This document shows positions 48,641-57,927 of a stretch of DNA of 64,000 nucleotides, piece after piece. Numbering within the stretch: the first letter of the stretch is position 1; each line of letters opens with the position of its first letter. Where the stretch lies: assembly GCF_036919675.1 (NCBI RefSeq), contig NZ_JBALCP010000054.1:9501-73500 (forward strand), read 5' to 3'. The translations under genes were made by a program, and so were the position numbers. The notes under the pieces were generated by a model. It saw nothing but the letters and a program-made list of their open reading frames with translations, was not told the origin of the DNA and did not search any database. Origin of the DNA: Nostoc sp. Lineage in GTDB: Bacteria; Cyanobacteriota; Cyanobacteriia; Cyanobacteriales; Nostocaceae.

Positions 48641-48727
48641 AGATTTTGTTGTTGTGAGGGCAGTTCTGGAATTGGTCTTTCTGTGGCGGCGGAGTTGTCG
48701 TTGCCAAATTCGCGGTAGACAAAGCTT
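48641..48727 (-). repeat. 87-bp duplicate of the 5' coding region of the SUI1 gene (gene fragment)
   Basis: 48641-48727 equals 50856-50942 with one mismatch (gttgttgtg vs gttcttgtg), in the same orientation. It encodes FVYREFGNDNSAATERPIPELPSQ. Confidence 0.9.
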
Positions 48728-48818
48728 TCCCTCTCTTGGCGGCAGAGCCGCCAGGGTATGCATTTCCAGCCAGAGACTGGAAACGAGATTTTACGAGGTT
48801 TATAGCTTAAGTTAACAC
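48728..48818. mobile_element. partial, inverted copy of the 20345-20545 MITE family
   Basis: The reverse complement gtgttaacttaagc...aacctcgtaaa...ctctggctggaaatgc parallels gtgtcaacttaagc...aacctcgttaa...ctctggctggaaacgc. It abuts the SUI1 fragment. Confidence 0.6.
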
Positions 48819-49277
48819 TAATGGGCATTGCCATGCCCCTACAAACGTATTTGTATGATTATTAATCTGAAATGGTATAAAGCACCGTCCGAAAGCTTTG
48901 GTGCGTTTGGACTAATGTCCATAACGCACGCTACATATACTTAGATTTTTTCACGCAATCAAATCGGGTTGTTATAGCAAATATTGTATGTAACAACCGC
49001 TATAACTTCAATTATTTTCATTTTAGTAATGCATCTTGCCAATTTTATATTCATAGAGCAATGTATATTACTTTTTTTAGCTCATTTCATCAAATTATAC
49101 ATAGCTTTTTTACCTAAAGACTAAGTTAGCTTTTTCTAAGCCATACAATAATTAATGCTGTATAAAAAAAATGTAATCTTCACAATAATTTTAGCTCTGA
49201 AAAAGTTAATATTGATTTAGAAAAAACTGTATATCAGTTAAAATATTTATGATATTCTCTCTCGAATTGGACGAAAG

Positions 49278-49958
49278 ATGAAATATAACAGCATTGATGA
49301 ACTATTGAGAAATAATCAGGCTTGGGTTACCGAGAAACTGGCTCTAGACCCAACTTACTTTCAAGAATTATCTAGCGGACAAACACCACCTTTTCTATAC
49401 ATCGGATGTTCTGATAGTCGTCTGGCATTAACAAGATTTACCGGTACAGAGCCGGGAGAGTTATTTGTACATCGTAATATTGCCAATCAAGTTTCTCTAA
49501 CGGATATTAACTTTTTAGCCGTTTTAGAATACGCGATTTTACATCTTGGGGTGGAACATATTATCGTTTGTGGTCACTACGATTGCGGAGGAATTAAGAC
49601 GGCTTTAGAAGGGAGAACCATCGGAATTCTTGATAACTGGGTAAATCCGATTCGAGAACTATATTTACAGAAACAACAAGAAATTGATGCCTTGCCAACA
49701 AGAGAAGAACGTCTGAATCGTTTGGCGGAGATCAATGTTGTGGCGCAAGTAAAAAATATTTACCAAACTTCCATCATGCGTCAGGTACTCTATGAGCGAA
49801 AAGCGCCTATGGTTCATGGCTGGGTACTAGATATAAGCACTGGGTTGATCAAAGATTTGAACGTCTTAACTAAACAATGGCAATTGCACACTTGCCCCTT
49901 GCTTCTAGAGTTTAGACTCTACGCCATGTTAAAAAATGATAGTCAATTCGGTATTTAG
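49278..49958 (+). CDS. beta-class carbonic anhydrase
   Basis: The zinc-site motifs CSDSR and GHYDCGG are present, along with HRNIANQV. Confidence 0.9.
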   Translation: MKYNSIDELLRNNQAWVTEKLALDPTYFQELSSGQTPPFLYIGCSDSRLALTRFTGTEPGELFVHRNIANQVSLTDINFLAVLEYAILHLGVEHIIVCGHYDCGGIKTALEGRTIGILDNWVNPIRELYLQKQQEIDALPTREERLNRLAEINVVAQVKNIYQTSIMRQVLYERKAPMVHGWVLDISTGLIKDLNVLTKQWQLHTCPLLLEFRLYAMLKNDSQFGI

Positions 49959-50032
49959 TGCCACAGAAAGTTATACTTTGGAGACATGATTGCTCGTGTC
50001 TTTAGAGTTTTTATTTTAAGTAAAAGAAATAA

Positions 50033-50348
50033 TTACTTTTTCGCTACAGTCTTGTAATAAGCTGTTGCGCTTTTAATTTGCACTAATATTTTTTCAAGAT
50101 GATTATGGGGTGGGTATCCTGCCCGGCCTGATAATACAAGTTGTATATGTAACAGCTTACCTCCGGCAAACTTTTGAATAAGAATGTAAAATCCACAATT
50201 CAGAATGCTCTTTTCTAAATTCTTGTTCAAAACTTTGCAGATATCCAATTTTTAAGTCTTTTTCTAGAGGCAATTTATGAATTGCCTCTGTCAAGGTTGG
50301 TACACCCAACCTCCACTTACAAAGAATTATTTCTTCAAAATTATCCAC
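50033..50348 (-). pseudogene. two overlapping short ORFs (63 and 71 aa), possibly one frameshifted gene
   Basis: ORFs 50157..50348 and 50033..50248 overlap by 92 nt in different frames. No family was recognised. The 5' end also overlaps the Pmp3-like ORF. Confidence 0.2.
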
Positions 50349-50485
50349 ACTGCATGAATAATCCCAGGAATGTAACCAAAAAGCGTCAAAACTATATTAA
50401 TCCAAAAGTCTACACCAAAACCTACTTGCAAAAAAACTCCCAAAGGCGGTAAGAAAATGGCACACAAAAGACGAACTAAATCCAT
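50327..50485 (-). CDS. Pmp3/YqaE (UPF0057) family small proteolipid
   Basis: It is below the ORF-track cutoff. The RBS aataggaggttcaaATG is followed by MDLVRLLCAIFLPPLGVFLQVGFGVDFWINIVLTLFGYIPGIIHAVWIILKK, which matches the family signature LPPLGV...FWINI.LT..GYIPG.IHA. Confidence 0.8.
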   Translation of the reverse strand: MDLVRLLCAIFLPPLGVFLQVGFGVDFWINIVLTLFGYIPGIIHAVWIILKK

Positions 50486-50626
50486 TTGAACCTCCTATTA
50501 ATCTCACCAAAGACAGCTTGTCGGTGAAGTGATTCACCACTGCTCAAGTATATTTGTACCTCTCAAAGATAACATTGCCCCTCTCAATCTAGGTCACGGT
50601 TGAGATCCGGTAAACCGCACTTAAGA

Positions 50627-50974
50627 TTAGCCACCGCTGATTTTGGCTTTGTAACCTAGTTTGGTTAAAATCTCGACAATTTTCTGCTTGTGTTCGCCCT
50701 GAATTTCAATTTCGTTATCTTTAATTGTCCCACCTGTGCCGCACTGGGTTTTCAACTGTTTCACCAAATCTGCCAAGGTTTCTGGTTTGGCTTGAAAACC
50801 GCTAATCACCGTGACAGTTTTGCCTTTGCGTCCTTTGCGGGAAGCTTGTACTTTGAGATTTTGTTCTTGTGAGGGCAGTTCTGGAATTGGTCTTTCTGTG
50901 GCGGCGGAGTTGTCGTTGCCAAATTCGCGGTAGACAAAGCTTTTGTCAGAAGATTTGGGATTGGAAGAAGACAT
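50627..50974 (-). CDS. translation initiation factor SUI1/YciH family
   Basis: GRKGKTVTVISGF and LKTQCGTGGTIKDNEIEIQGEH are present. The likely start is Met at 50974, because the ORF-track start at 51043 adds 23 atypical residues. Confidence 0.88.
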   Translation of the reverse strand: MSSSNPKSSDKSFVYREFGNDNSAATERPIPELPSQEQNLKVQASRKGRKGKTVTVISGFQAKPETLADLVKQLKTQCGTGGTIKDNEIEIQGEHKQKIVEILTKLGYKAKISGG

Positions 50975-51254
50975 AAAATGAATGTTTAAGAAAATTTCAA
51001 AGGCAGTGGAAACTTCTACGCAACCATTCTGCTGGGATATCAATTTCTAGGCTAACATCACAAATACATTGCAAGGGATTTAAAGGAATTGGGCATGGGG
51101 CACTTGTACTGAGCGGCGTCGTTGGCGCAGCCTCTCCAAGAGTTGTATTGGGCATTGAGTATCAACGAAGAATTTAGTTCCTAATCACCATTCCCCATAT
51201 ATGCCCCAGACTTTTCTATAATAATTAAGTCATTCCCGTCATCAAAATTAGCTT

Positions 51255-52490
51255 GTGACTACCACTCCCCTATCTCCAAGTTCAATTGCTCAGGTTCCCG
51301 ATACGCTAGGCCGCTTTGGACGCTTTGGCGGTAAGTATGTACCTGAAACGCTCATGCCTGCCCTTGCTGAATTAGAAACAGCTTATCAGCAATACCGCAA
51401 TGATCCTGGTTTTCAAGCAGAACTACAGCAGTTATTACGGGACTATGTAGGACGTGCCACACCATTGTATTTCGCTGAACGCCTCACTGCTCATTATGCC
51501 CGACCCGATCGCACAGGGCCACAAATTTATTTAAAGCGTGAGGATTTAAATCATACTGGTGCTCACAAAATTAATAATGCCCTTGGTCAAGTATTGTTGG
51601 CAAAGCGCATGGGTAAGCAACGAATTATTGCCGAAACAGGTGCTGGACAACATGGAGTTGCTACGGCAACAGTTTGCGCTCGTTTTGGGCTGGAATGCAT
51701 AATTTACATGGGCGTTCATGACATGGAACGCCAAGCTTTGAATGTGTTCAGAATGCGACTGATGGGGGCAGAAGTGCGTCCGGTGGAAGCGGGAACAGGA
51801 ACGCTCAAGGATGCCACTTCTGAAGCAATCCGCGATTGGGTGACAAATGTGGAAACAACTCACTACATCCTGGGTTCGGTAGCAGGGCCCCATCCTTACC
51901 CGATGATGGTACGTGATTTCCATGCAGTAATTGGCCAAGAAACTCGCGCCCAAGCAATCGAAAAGTGGGGTGTATTGCCTGATATTCTCTTGGCTTGTGT
52001 CGGTGGTGGTTCCAATGCTATGGGACTATTCTATGAGTTTATTAATGAGTCTTCTATACGGTTTATTGGGATTGAGGCAGCCGGAGAAGGTGTCAATACC
52101 CAAAAACACGCAGCAACCTTGACAAAAGGACGAGTTGGTGTATTGCACGGAGCAATGAGCTATCTCCTGCAAGATGAGGATGGGCAAATCATTGAGGCAC
52201 ACTCAATTAGTGCAGGTTTAGATTATCCCGGTGTAGGTCCAGAACATAGCTATTTGAAGGATATTGGTCGTGCCGAATACTATAGTGTGACGGATGCAGA
52301 GGCTTTGGCGGCATTCCAGCGATTGTCAAAATTGGAAGGGATTATCCCGGCATTGGAAACAGCCCATGCGATCGCCTACCTCGAAACTCTATGTCCCCAA
52401 CTAACCGACAGTCCGCGGATTGTAATTAACTGCTCTGGACGCGGCGATAAGGATGTACATACAGTAGCCAAGTTATTAAATGATGCGTAA
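51255..52490 (+). CDS. trpB: tryptophan synthase beta chain
   Basis: The gene has a GTG start. [11 protein letters not shown] (PLP Lys) and GGGSNAMG are present. Confidence 0.95.
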   Translation: MTTTPLSPSSIAQVPDTLGRFGRFGGKYVPETLMPALAELETAYQQYRNDPGFQAELQQLLRDYVGRATPLYFAERLTAHYARPDRTGPQIYLKREDLNHTGAHKINNALGQVLLAKRMGKQRIIAETGAGQHGVATATVCARFGLECIIYMGVHDMERQALNVFRMRLMGAEVRPVEAGTGTLKDATSEAIRDWVTNVETTHYILGSVAGPHPYPMMVRDFHAVIGQETRAQAIEKWGVLPDILLACVGGGSNAMGLFYEFINESSIRFIGIEAAGEGVNTQKHAATLTKGRVGVLHGAMSYLLQDEDGQIIEAHSISAGLDYPGVGPEHSYLKDIGRAEYYSVTDAEALAAFQRLSKLEGIIPALETAHAIAYLETLCPQLTDSPRIVINCSGRGDKDVHTVAKLLNDA

Positions 52491-52524
52491 AAAATGTATA
52501 TCTAATTTTTGAGAGAAAGCAATA

Positions 52525-53682
52525 ATGGATCAACAATTCCAACACTCTATGCTACCGCAACCCACTCACGACGAGTTGGCACGCCAAAACTTTGTGCAAA
52601 GTCTGACTATGCACATTTCCAGAAATATCTATCCTGGGAATAAAGTACTTTATGAAAAACTAGCCAAGCCGAAGTTTGAACAAGAACATCAGCGTCCTCC
52701 CCAGAATCGTTATGAAATTCGGGAAGTAATGCAGGATGAACCCTACTACCGCTGGACGGGTGCCCTGAAGCGAATCAACCAGGAAATGTTATGGGATGCT
52801 GTAAATACCAGCGTTGACAGACAACTGCCAGAGTTGATTGAGCGTGCCAAAGATCAGGGTAGTGAACTGGGTACTTTAACCCTCGACCCAAATTTTCAAA
52901 TACCTACTTATGAAAAGGCTGTAGACATTCACTGTATGCCCGGAGGATATCACAGTGAATTCACTGCTGATGATATAGCTGCTGGTGCAACTTATGATCG
53001 CGGCTCTTACGTTTATGGTGTAGGTTGGTTGGGGCCGCTTAACGATGATATAGGGCTATCTATAGTCCAGAACTACATCCTACCAGAATATCCCGACTTT
53101 CGACCCAGAAAAATTCTCGATATGGGATGTTCTGCCGGCAATAGCACATTACCCTATGTAGATGGTTTCCCAGATGCAGAAGTCCATGCCATAGATGTAG
53201 GCGCACCCATGTTGCGTTATGCTCATGCAAGAGCCGAATCCTTAGGAAAACGGGTACACTTCTCTCAGCAAAATGCCGAACACACTAACTTTCCAGATGA
53301 ATCATTTGACTTAGTGGTTTCTCACATTTTGCTGCACGAAATTCCCCCGCCAGCCGTCCGTAAAGTTATGCAAGAATCTTATCGTCTACTGGCTCCTGGT
53401 GGAATGATGCTCCATGTGGAAGCACCTCTCTATCGTCACATGGATGTGTATGCACAGTTCATGTTTGATTGGCAAACCGCTAACAACAACGAACCCTTCT
53501 GGAGTGCTGTACGCGATCTGGATTTAGTGACGCTAGCTACTGAGGCTGGTTTTGCAGCAGATAAGACATTCGAGAAGTTTGTCCCTAATGGGGCATGGAA
53601 AGCAAAAGTAACTAATGACCTGTTTAAAAAGGGTAACTCAGGCAGCCAAGGCACTTGGTTTGTAGTTGCTGCAACTAAGTAA
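52525..53682 (+). CDS. class I SAM-dependent methyltransferase with a ~190-aa N-terminal extension
   Basis: Motif I is ILDMGCSAGNST, followed by DESFDLVVSHILLHE and LLAPGGMM. Confidence 0.75.
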   Translation: MDQQFQHSMLPQPTHDELARQNFVQSLTMHISRNIYPGNKVLYEKLAKPKFEQEHQRPPQNRYEIREVMQDEPYYRWTGALKRINQEMLWDAVNTSVDRQLPELIERAKDQGSELGTLTLDPNFQIPTYEKAVDIHCMPGGYHSEFTADDIAAGATYDRGSYVYGVGWLGPLNDDIGLSIVQNYILPEYPDFRPRKILDMGCSAGNSTLPYVDGFPDAEVHAIDVGAPMLRYAHARAESLGKRVHFSQQNAEHTNFPDESFDLVVSHILLHEIPPPAVRKVMQESYRLLAPGGMMLHVEAPLYRHMDVYAQFMFDWQTANNNEPFWSAVRDLDLVTLATEAGFAADKTFEKFVPNGAWKAKVTNDLFKKGNSGSQGTWFVVAATK

Positions 53683-53861
53683 GCAGAGGAAGTATACCAA
53701 TTCGTAATCACGTTCGCGGACTCGCTAACGTAAATCGTAATGACGCTCTCTACGAGACGCGCAAGGAACGCGGACTCCCTAACGTAATTGAGAAAGTCAG
53801 ATTTTATCTGGGTTTCTTTCTTTTGTATGTGTAGTCTTATTTTTGGAGAATTGGTATTAGG

Positions 53862-54149
53862 ATGGCAAAAATAGCTAAGGGTAAACGACCTGTTTACTTA
53901 GACAATCCGCAAAGCGATAAATTGTTGGCGATCGTCATGGCTTTGACTGGTGAGGTATCCGTGTTGCGTGAGCGGCTGGACACCATTGAACAGGTGTTAG
54001 AGGTTAAAGGGATTTTATCGGCTACTGAGATTGAAGCTTACGAGCCGGATGCCAAAGTAACTAAGGAACGGGAACAGTGGCGTGCAGAATATATTGCGCG
54101 GGTGTTGCGCGTGGTACAGGAAGAGTTAGAAACTCTCAACCAAAGCTAG
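53862..54149 (+). CDS. hypothetical helical protein
   Basis: This is a 95-aa ORF with coiled-coil-like composition and no family recognised. Confidence 0.5.
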   Translation: MAKIAKGKRPVYLDNPQSDKLLAIVMALTGEVSVLRERLDTIEQVLEVKGILSATEIEAYEPDAKVTKEREQWRAEYIARVLRVVQEELETLNQS

Positions 54150-54696
54150 TCGCCCAGAAGTTTTAGTGAAAAAATTTATGCCATTTACAGCAGTTTGCAA
54201 GTAAGTGAGCTACAAAAGGCAGGACTCAAAATCAGATATAAAGAGTTTTTACCTCCTGCCTCCAAACCCGTAGCTTTGTACTTCATGCAAAAGAAAACTG
54301 CTGTATATTCTATATTTCGCAATTTAAACAGTATTAGTACTTAGTATATTTATCTCTTTACATTCAAAAATAGTTTATAATAATTATTCTTACTAAATAT
54401 TAATACTGCTAATTGTTGGGAATTTTTGATTATTTTTTAACCATTATTAGCCAAATATTGGAAATATTCGTGTATTACACAATGAAGTGCATAAAGGGGC
54501 TTATCTAAAAATTATCATACTAATGGTAGATGGCAATTTTTTATAAATATGAAGAAACTTTCGTAAAATCGTGAATTTAAACGTTTGCTGGTAGTTTTTG
54601 AACATAAAACCTCATAAACAGAGGTATATAGACCGATAACCAATTTGTCACATTGACCTAGCTTGGTTAGATTGTCTGTAACTTTAGTTACAGCAA

Positions 54697-55224
54697 ATGA
54701 TTAAAACAACAATTTACGGACTTGCTTTAAGCAGCATTATTCTCAATAGTGGAGCGATCGCTACTCCGGTAACAAATCAAACTTTTACATCAAAAAGCTC
54801 ATATGTATTAAGTGATACTTTTAATATTGCAGCATCTAGAATAGACACTGCTACTTTAGAACAGTCGGTTTTCAACCAAATTAATAACTACAGAGCTTCC
54901 CAACGGCTACCAGCGCTGACTCGTAATTCTGCCATCGAGAATCAAGCCAGGATTCACAGTCAGAACATGGCTAATGGTACAGTTTCCTTTGGACATACGG
55001 GATTTTCAGAACGTGTTATAGCAATCGGTATTCCTTACAGAGCAGCTGGTGAAAATGTTGCTTACAACCAGGGATATAGTGATCCTGCCACAATAGCTGT
55101 TCAAGGCTGGCTCAAAAGTCCAGGGCATCTAGCCAATATCAAAGGTAATTATGATAAGACGGGGATTGGTGTCGCTAGCAACAGTAGAGGCGCAATCTAC
55201 TTCACACAAATTTTCCTTCGCTGA
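54697..55224 (+). CDS. secreted CAP/SCP (YkwD-like) domain protein, paralog 1
   Basis: A signal peptide is followed by NYRASQRLPAL, AGENVAYN and GWLKSPGHLANI. Confidence 0.85.
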   Translation: MIKTTIYGLALSSIILNSGAIATPVTNQTFTSKSSYVLSDTFNIAASRIDTATLEQSVFNQINNYRASQRLPALTRNSAIENQARIHSQNMANGTVSFGHTGFSERVIAIGIPYRAAGENVAYNQGYSDPATIAVQGWLKSPGHLANIKGNYDKTGIGVASNSRGAIYFTQIFLR

Positions 55225-55557
55225 TAGATTTGGTAAAATTTAGGTTTGTTTTCTCAAATTCCCCAGACTTCAGCCTGCTAGCAGGCTGAATAATGTAGTT
55301 TCAATGACATTTGTCTATTGAAGACAAGATTATTTTTTGAGTAATTGATGAAAATTCTTAAATTATCAGTAAAAATAACCGTGATTTCATGAAGCTTATT
55401 TATTGAAGTATTGACAATTGGAAATGATTGTTTATACTTCCTGTACAACGATGTAGCCAGATTGCCGAAATTCATCAATCCTTAATAGGATCATGGTATA
55501 TATTGTTGGAACTATAGGATAGAGTAGAAGTCATCTCTACACATTACGCAATTCTCC

Positions 55558-56106
55558 ATGTTCCGACAAACTGCTTTTGGCATCGCTTTAAGTGCGCTTG
55601 TCCTTGCTAGTGGATTAACGACTGTTCCGATACCAAATTATCCTTCTACAAATACATCCACCCGTAATAAGCTGTTGTCACTTTTTTCCAGTCAGGTTGC
55701 AATATCGACTCCTACTTTTAAAACTACAGAGCTAGAAAAATCAGTTTTTGACGAAATTAATCGATATCGGGCTTCTAAAGGACTGCCAAAGTTGACCACA
55801 AATGCAAATATCACTCGACAGGCAAGAATTCATAGTCAAAATATGGCTAAAGGTAAAACGCCATTTAGCCATCAAGGATTTGAACGGCGAGTCAAAGCTA
55901 TCCCTATTCGCTACAACAGTGCGGCGGAAAATGTTGCTTTCAATCGGGGATATAGCAACCCTGTGGACGAAGCTGTTACTGGTTGGATCAACAGTCCCGG
56001 ACATTTAAAAAATCTTAAAGGAAATTATAACCTGACTGGAATTGGCGTTGCTACTAATAATCAAGGCGAAGTCTACCTTACACAAATGTTTTTTCGCACT
56101 AGGTAG
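55558..56106 (+). CDS. secreted CAP/SCP (YkwD-like) domain protein, paralog 2
   Basis: A signal peptide is followed by RYRASKGLPKL, AAENVAFN and GWINSPGHLKNL. Confidence 0.85.
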   Translation: MFRQTAFGIALSALVLASGLTTVPIPNYPSTNTSTRNKLLSLFSSQVAISTPTFKTTELEKSVFDEINRYRASKGLPKLTTNANITRQARIHSQNMAKGKTPFSHQGFERRVKAIPIRYNSAAENVAFNRGYSNPVDEAVTGWINSPGHLKNLKGNYNLTGIGVATNNQGEVYLTQMFFRTR

Positions 56107-56195
56107 ATTTAATTTCTGATTTTTTTGCACAATAATAATGTAGTGTCTGACAAGACTTTTATCTGCTGGACACTGCAATTATTTTTGAACAATTC

Positions 56196-56825
56196 ATGAC
56201 ATTATTAGATTTTCAGGTGAGTGATCGCGACCTCAGTGACGCAGCCCTTAGCCAGTATTTAGAATCTACAGCGATCGCAGTTGATACAGAAACGATGGGA
56301 TTATTGCCGCAACGCGATCGCTTGTGTCTTGTCCAGCTGTGCAATCTAGAAGGAAAAGTGACTGCAATTCGCATAGTCAAAGGACAAGCTGACGCTCCAA
56401 ACTTAAAAAAACTCTTGGAAGCGGCAAATGTTGTAAAAGTGTTTCACTTTGCTCGCTTTGACCTTGCCACTTTACGAGCCAATCTGGGGATTCAGGTTCA
56501 GCCTGTTTTTTGCACCAAAATTGCTAGTAAGTTAGCCCGTACTTACACAAATCGCCACGGACTCAAAGATGTGGTGCAAGAGTTAGAAAAAGTGGAACTG
56601 GATAAAAGCTCTCAAAGTTCTGATTGGGGTAATGCTGCTAGTTTATCTGAAGCTCAACTGAGTTATGCTGCCAATGATGTGCGCTACTTACTTAGTGTGC
56701 GGCAGAAGTTAACAGAAATGCTCAAACGAGAAGAACGTTGGGAAATTGCTCAAGAATGTTTTGAATTTCTACCAACAATTGTTTCTTTGGATTTGTTGCA
56801 ATTCAAGGATTTGTTTGAACACTGA
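56196..56825 (+). CDS. RNase D-like 3'-5' exonuclease (DEDDy)
   Basis: AVDTETMGL (Exo I), FHFARFDL (Exo II) and YAANDVRYL (Exo III with Tyr) are present. Confidence 0.85.
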   Translation: MTLLDFQVSDRDLSDAALSQYLESTAIAVDTETMGLLPQRDRLCLVQLCNLEGKVTAIRIVKGQADAPNLKKLLEAANVVKVFHFARFDLATLRANLGIQVQPVFCTKIASKLARTYTNRHGLKDVVQELEKVELDKSSQSSDWGNAASLSEAQLSYAANDVRYLLSVRQKLTEMLKREERWEIAQECFEFLPTIVSLDLLQFKDLFEH

Positions 56826-57174
56826 ATCAAACAGTAAACCTCTTGCAAAAGTTATATTTCTGGAGGACAAGCCTCTGGAGGCAGAATATTTTGTCTCCTG
56901 ACTCTTCAACTTATCACATGCCTTTTCTTATAGTCAACGCCAAGGGCGAACGGCAACTTGTTCTCCTGCACGCTATTACGTAGCTTGCTTCCTCATTGGG
57001 GTACGGGGAATGGCAAAAGCCGCGGCTCAGAGTTCTCTGTGAATTCTGACTTATTTCCTCACGAGAAATTCAGATTTTGCAAGAAGTCTATTGCTGATTT
57101 GCTAACTTATTTTATGCATAAGAGCCAACATTGGAATCATCTGAACCTGTAGGAGTTCTAGATTCACTAATGTC

Positions 57175-57927
57175 TTACTTCACGTCACTGGTTTTATCTT
57201 GAATGTCTTGCTTCACGTCGCTGGCTTTCTCTTGGATGCCTTCTTTGACGTCACCGGCTTTCTCTTGAATGTCTTGCTTTACCTCACTGGCTTTCTCTTG
57301 AATGCCTTCCTTGACGTCACTAGCTTTCTCCTTAGCGTCACTGGCTTTCTCTTGAATGCCTTCTTTTAGGTTACTGGCTCCCTCTTGAATGCTTTCCTTT
57401 AAATTACTGGCCCCCTCTTGAATGCCTTCTTTTAGGTTACTGGCTCCCCTTTTAATGGCTTCTGTCGGGCTAGTGCCTCCCTTTTGCAGATTCTCTTGGT
57501 GATTTTTTAGCCGATCTACCACATTGTAGTCATCTGCACCTGGAGGAGTTGTTGATTCGACAATGCCTTCTGTTGGGCCACCGATCTCCTTCCACGCAGC
57601 AAGACCACCTTTGAGTTGAGAGACATGCTCAAATCCATTAGAACGCAGTTGTTGTGCGGCTTGGGCAGTTTCTTCTTCATTAGCCCCGTAAACGTAAATA
57701 TCCCGGCTCTTAGCCAAAGAAGCTACTGCCCGCTCTACTAATTGATCTACTGGCATCGGCATCGCTCCCATAATGTGACCTTCGTTGAAGGTGTTGCGAT
57801 CGCGCACATCCAGTATTGTAAAAGCTGGTTCGCCCCATTCTAGACGAGTCTTCAAGACATGAGCTTCAGATTGTGCTTCTATTGGTGGCTGTGGGGGAAT
57901 GATGCCGCCTGCTAAATTGTTAGTCAT
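57175..57927 (-). CDS. rhodanese-homology-domain protein (no active-site Cys) fused to 11-residue tandem repeats
   Basis: The rhodanese fold reads FTILDVRDRNTFNEGHIMGAMPMP ... IYVYGANEEETAQAAQQLRSNGF ... LKGGLAAWKE, and the usual CxxxxxR loop is replaced by GANEEE. The C-terminus carries about 8 repeats of GASNLKEGIQE / KASDVKEGIQE. Confidence 0.8.
   Translation of the reverse strand: MTNNLAGGIIPPQPPIEAQSEAHVLKTRLEWGEPAFTILDVRDRNTFNEGHIMGAMPMPVDQLVERAVASLAKSRDIYVYGANEEETAQAAQQLRSNGFEHVSQLKGGLAAWKEIGGPTEGIVESTTPPGADDYNVVDRLKNHQENLQKGGTSPTEAIKRGASNLKEGIQEGASNLKESIQEGASNLKEGIQEKASDAKEKASDVKEGIQEKASEVKQDIQEKAGDVKEGIQEKASDVKQDIQDKTSDVK

Noticed and set aside
48484-48834. A 116-aa minus-strand ORF.
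   Set aside because: It is a chimera of the 87-bp SUI1 5' duplicate and an inverted MITE half-copy, not an independent gene.
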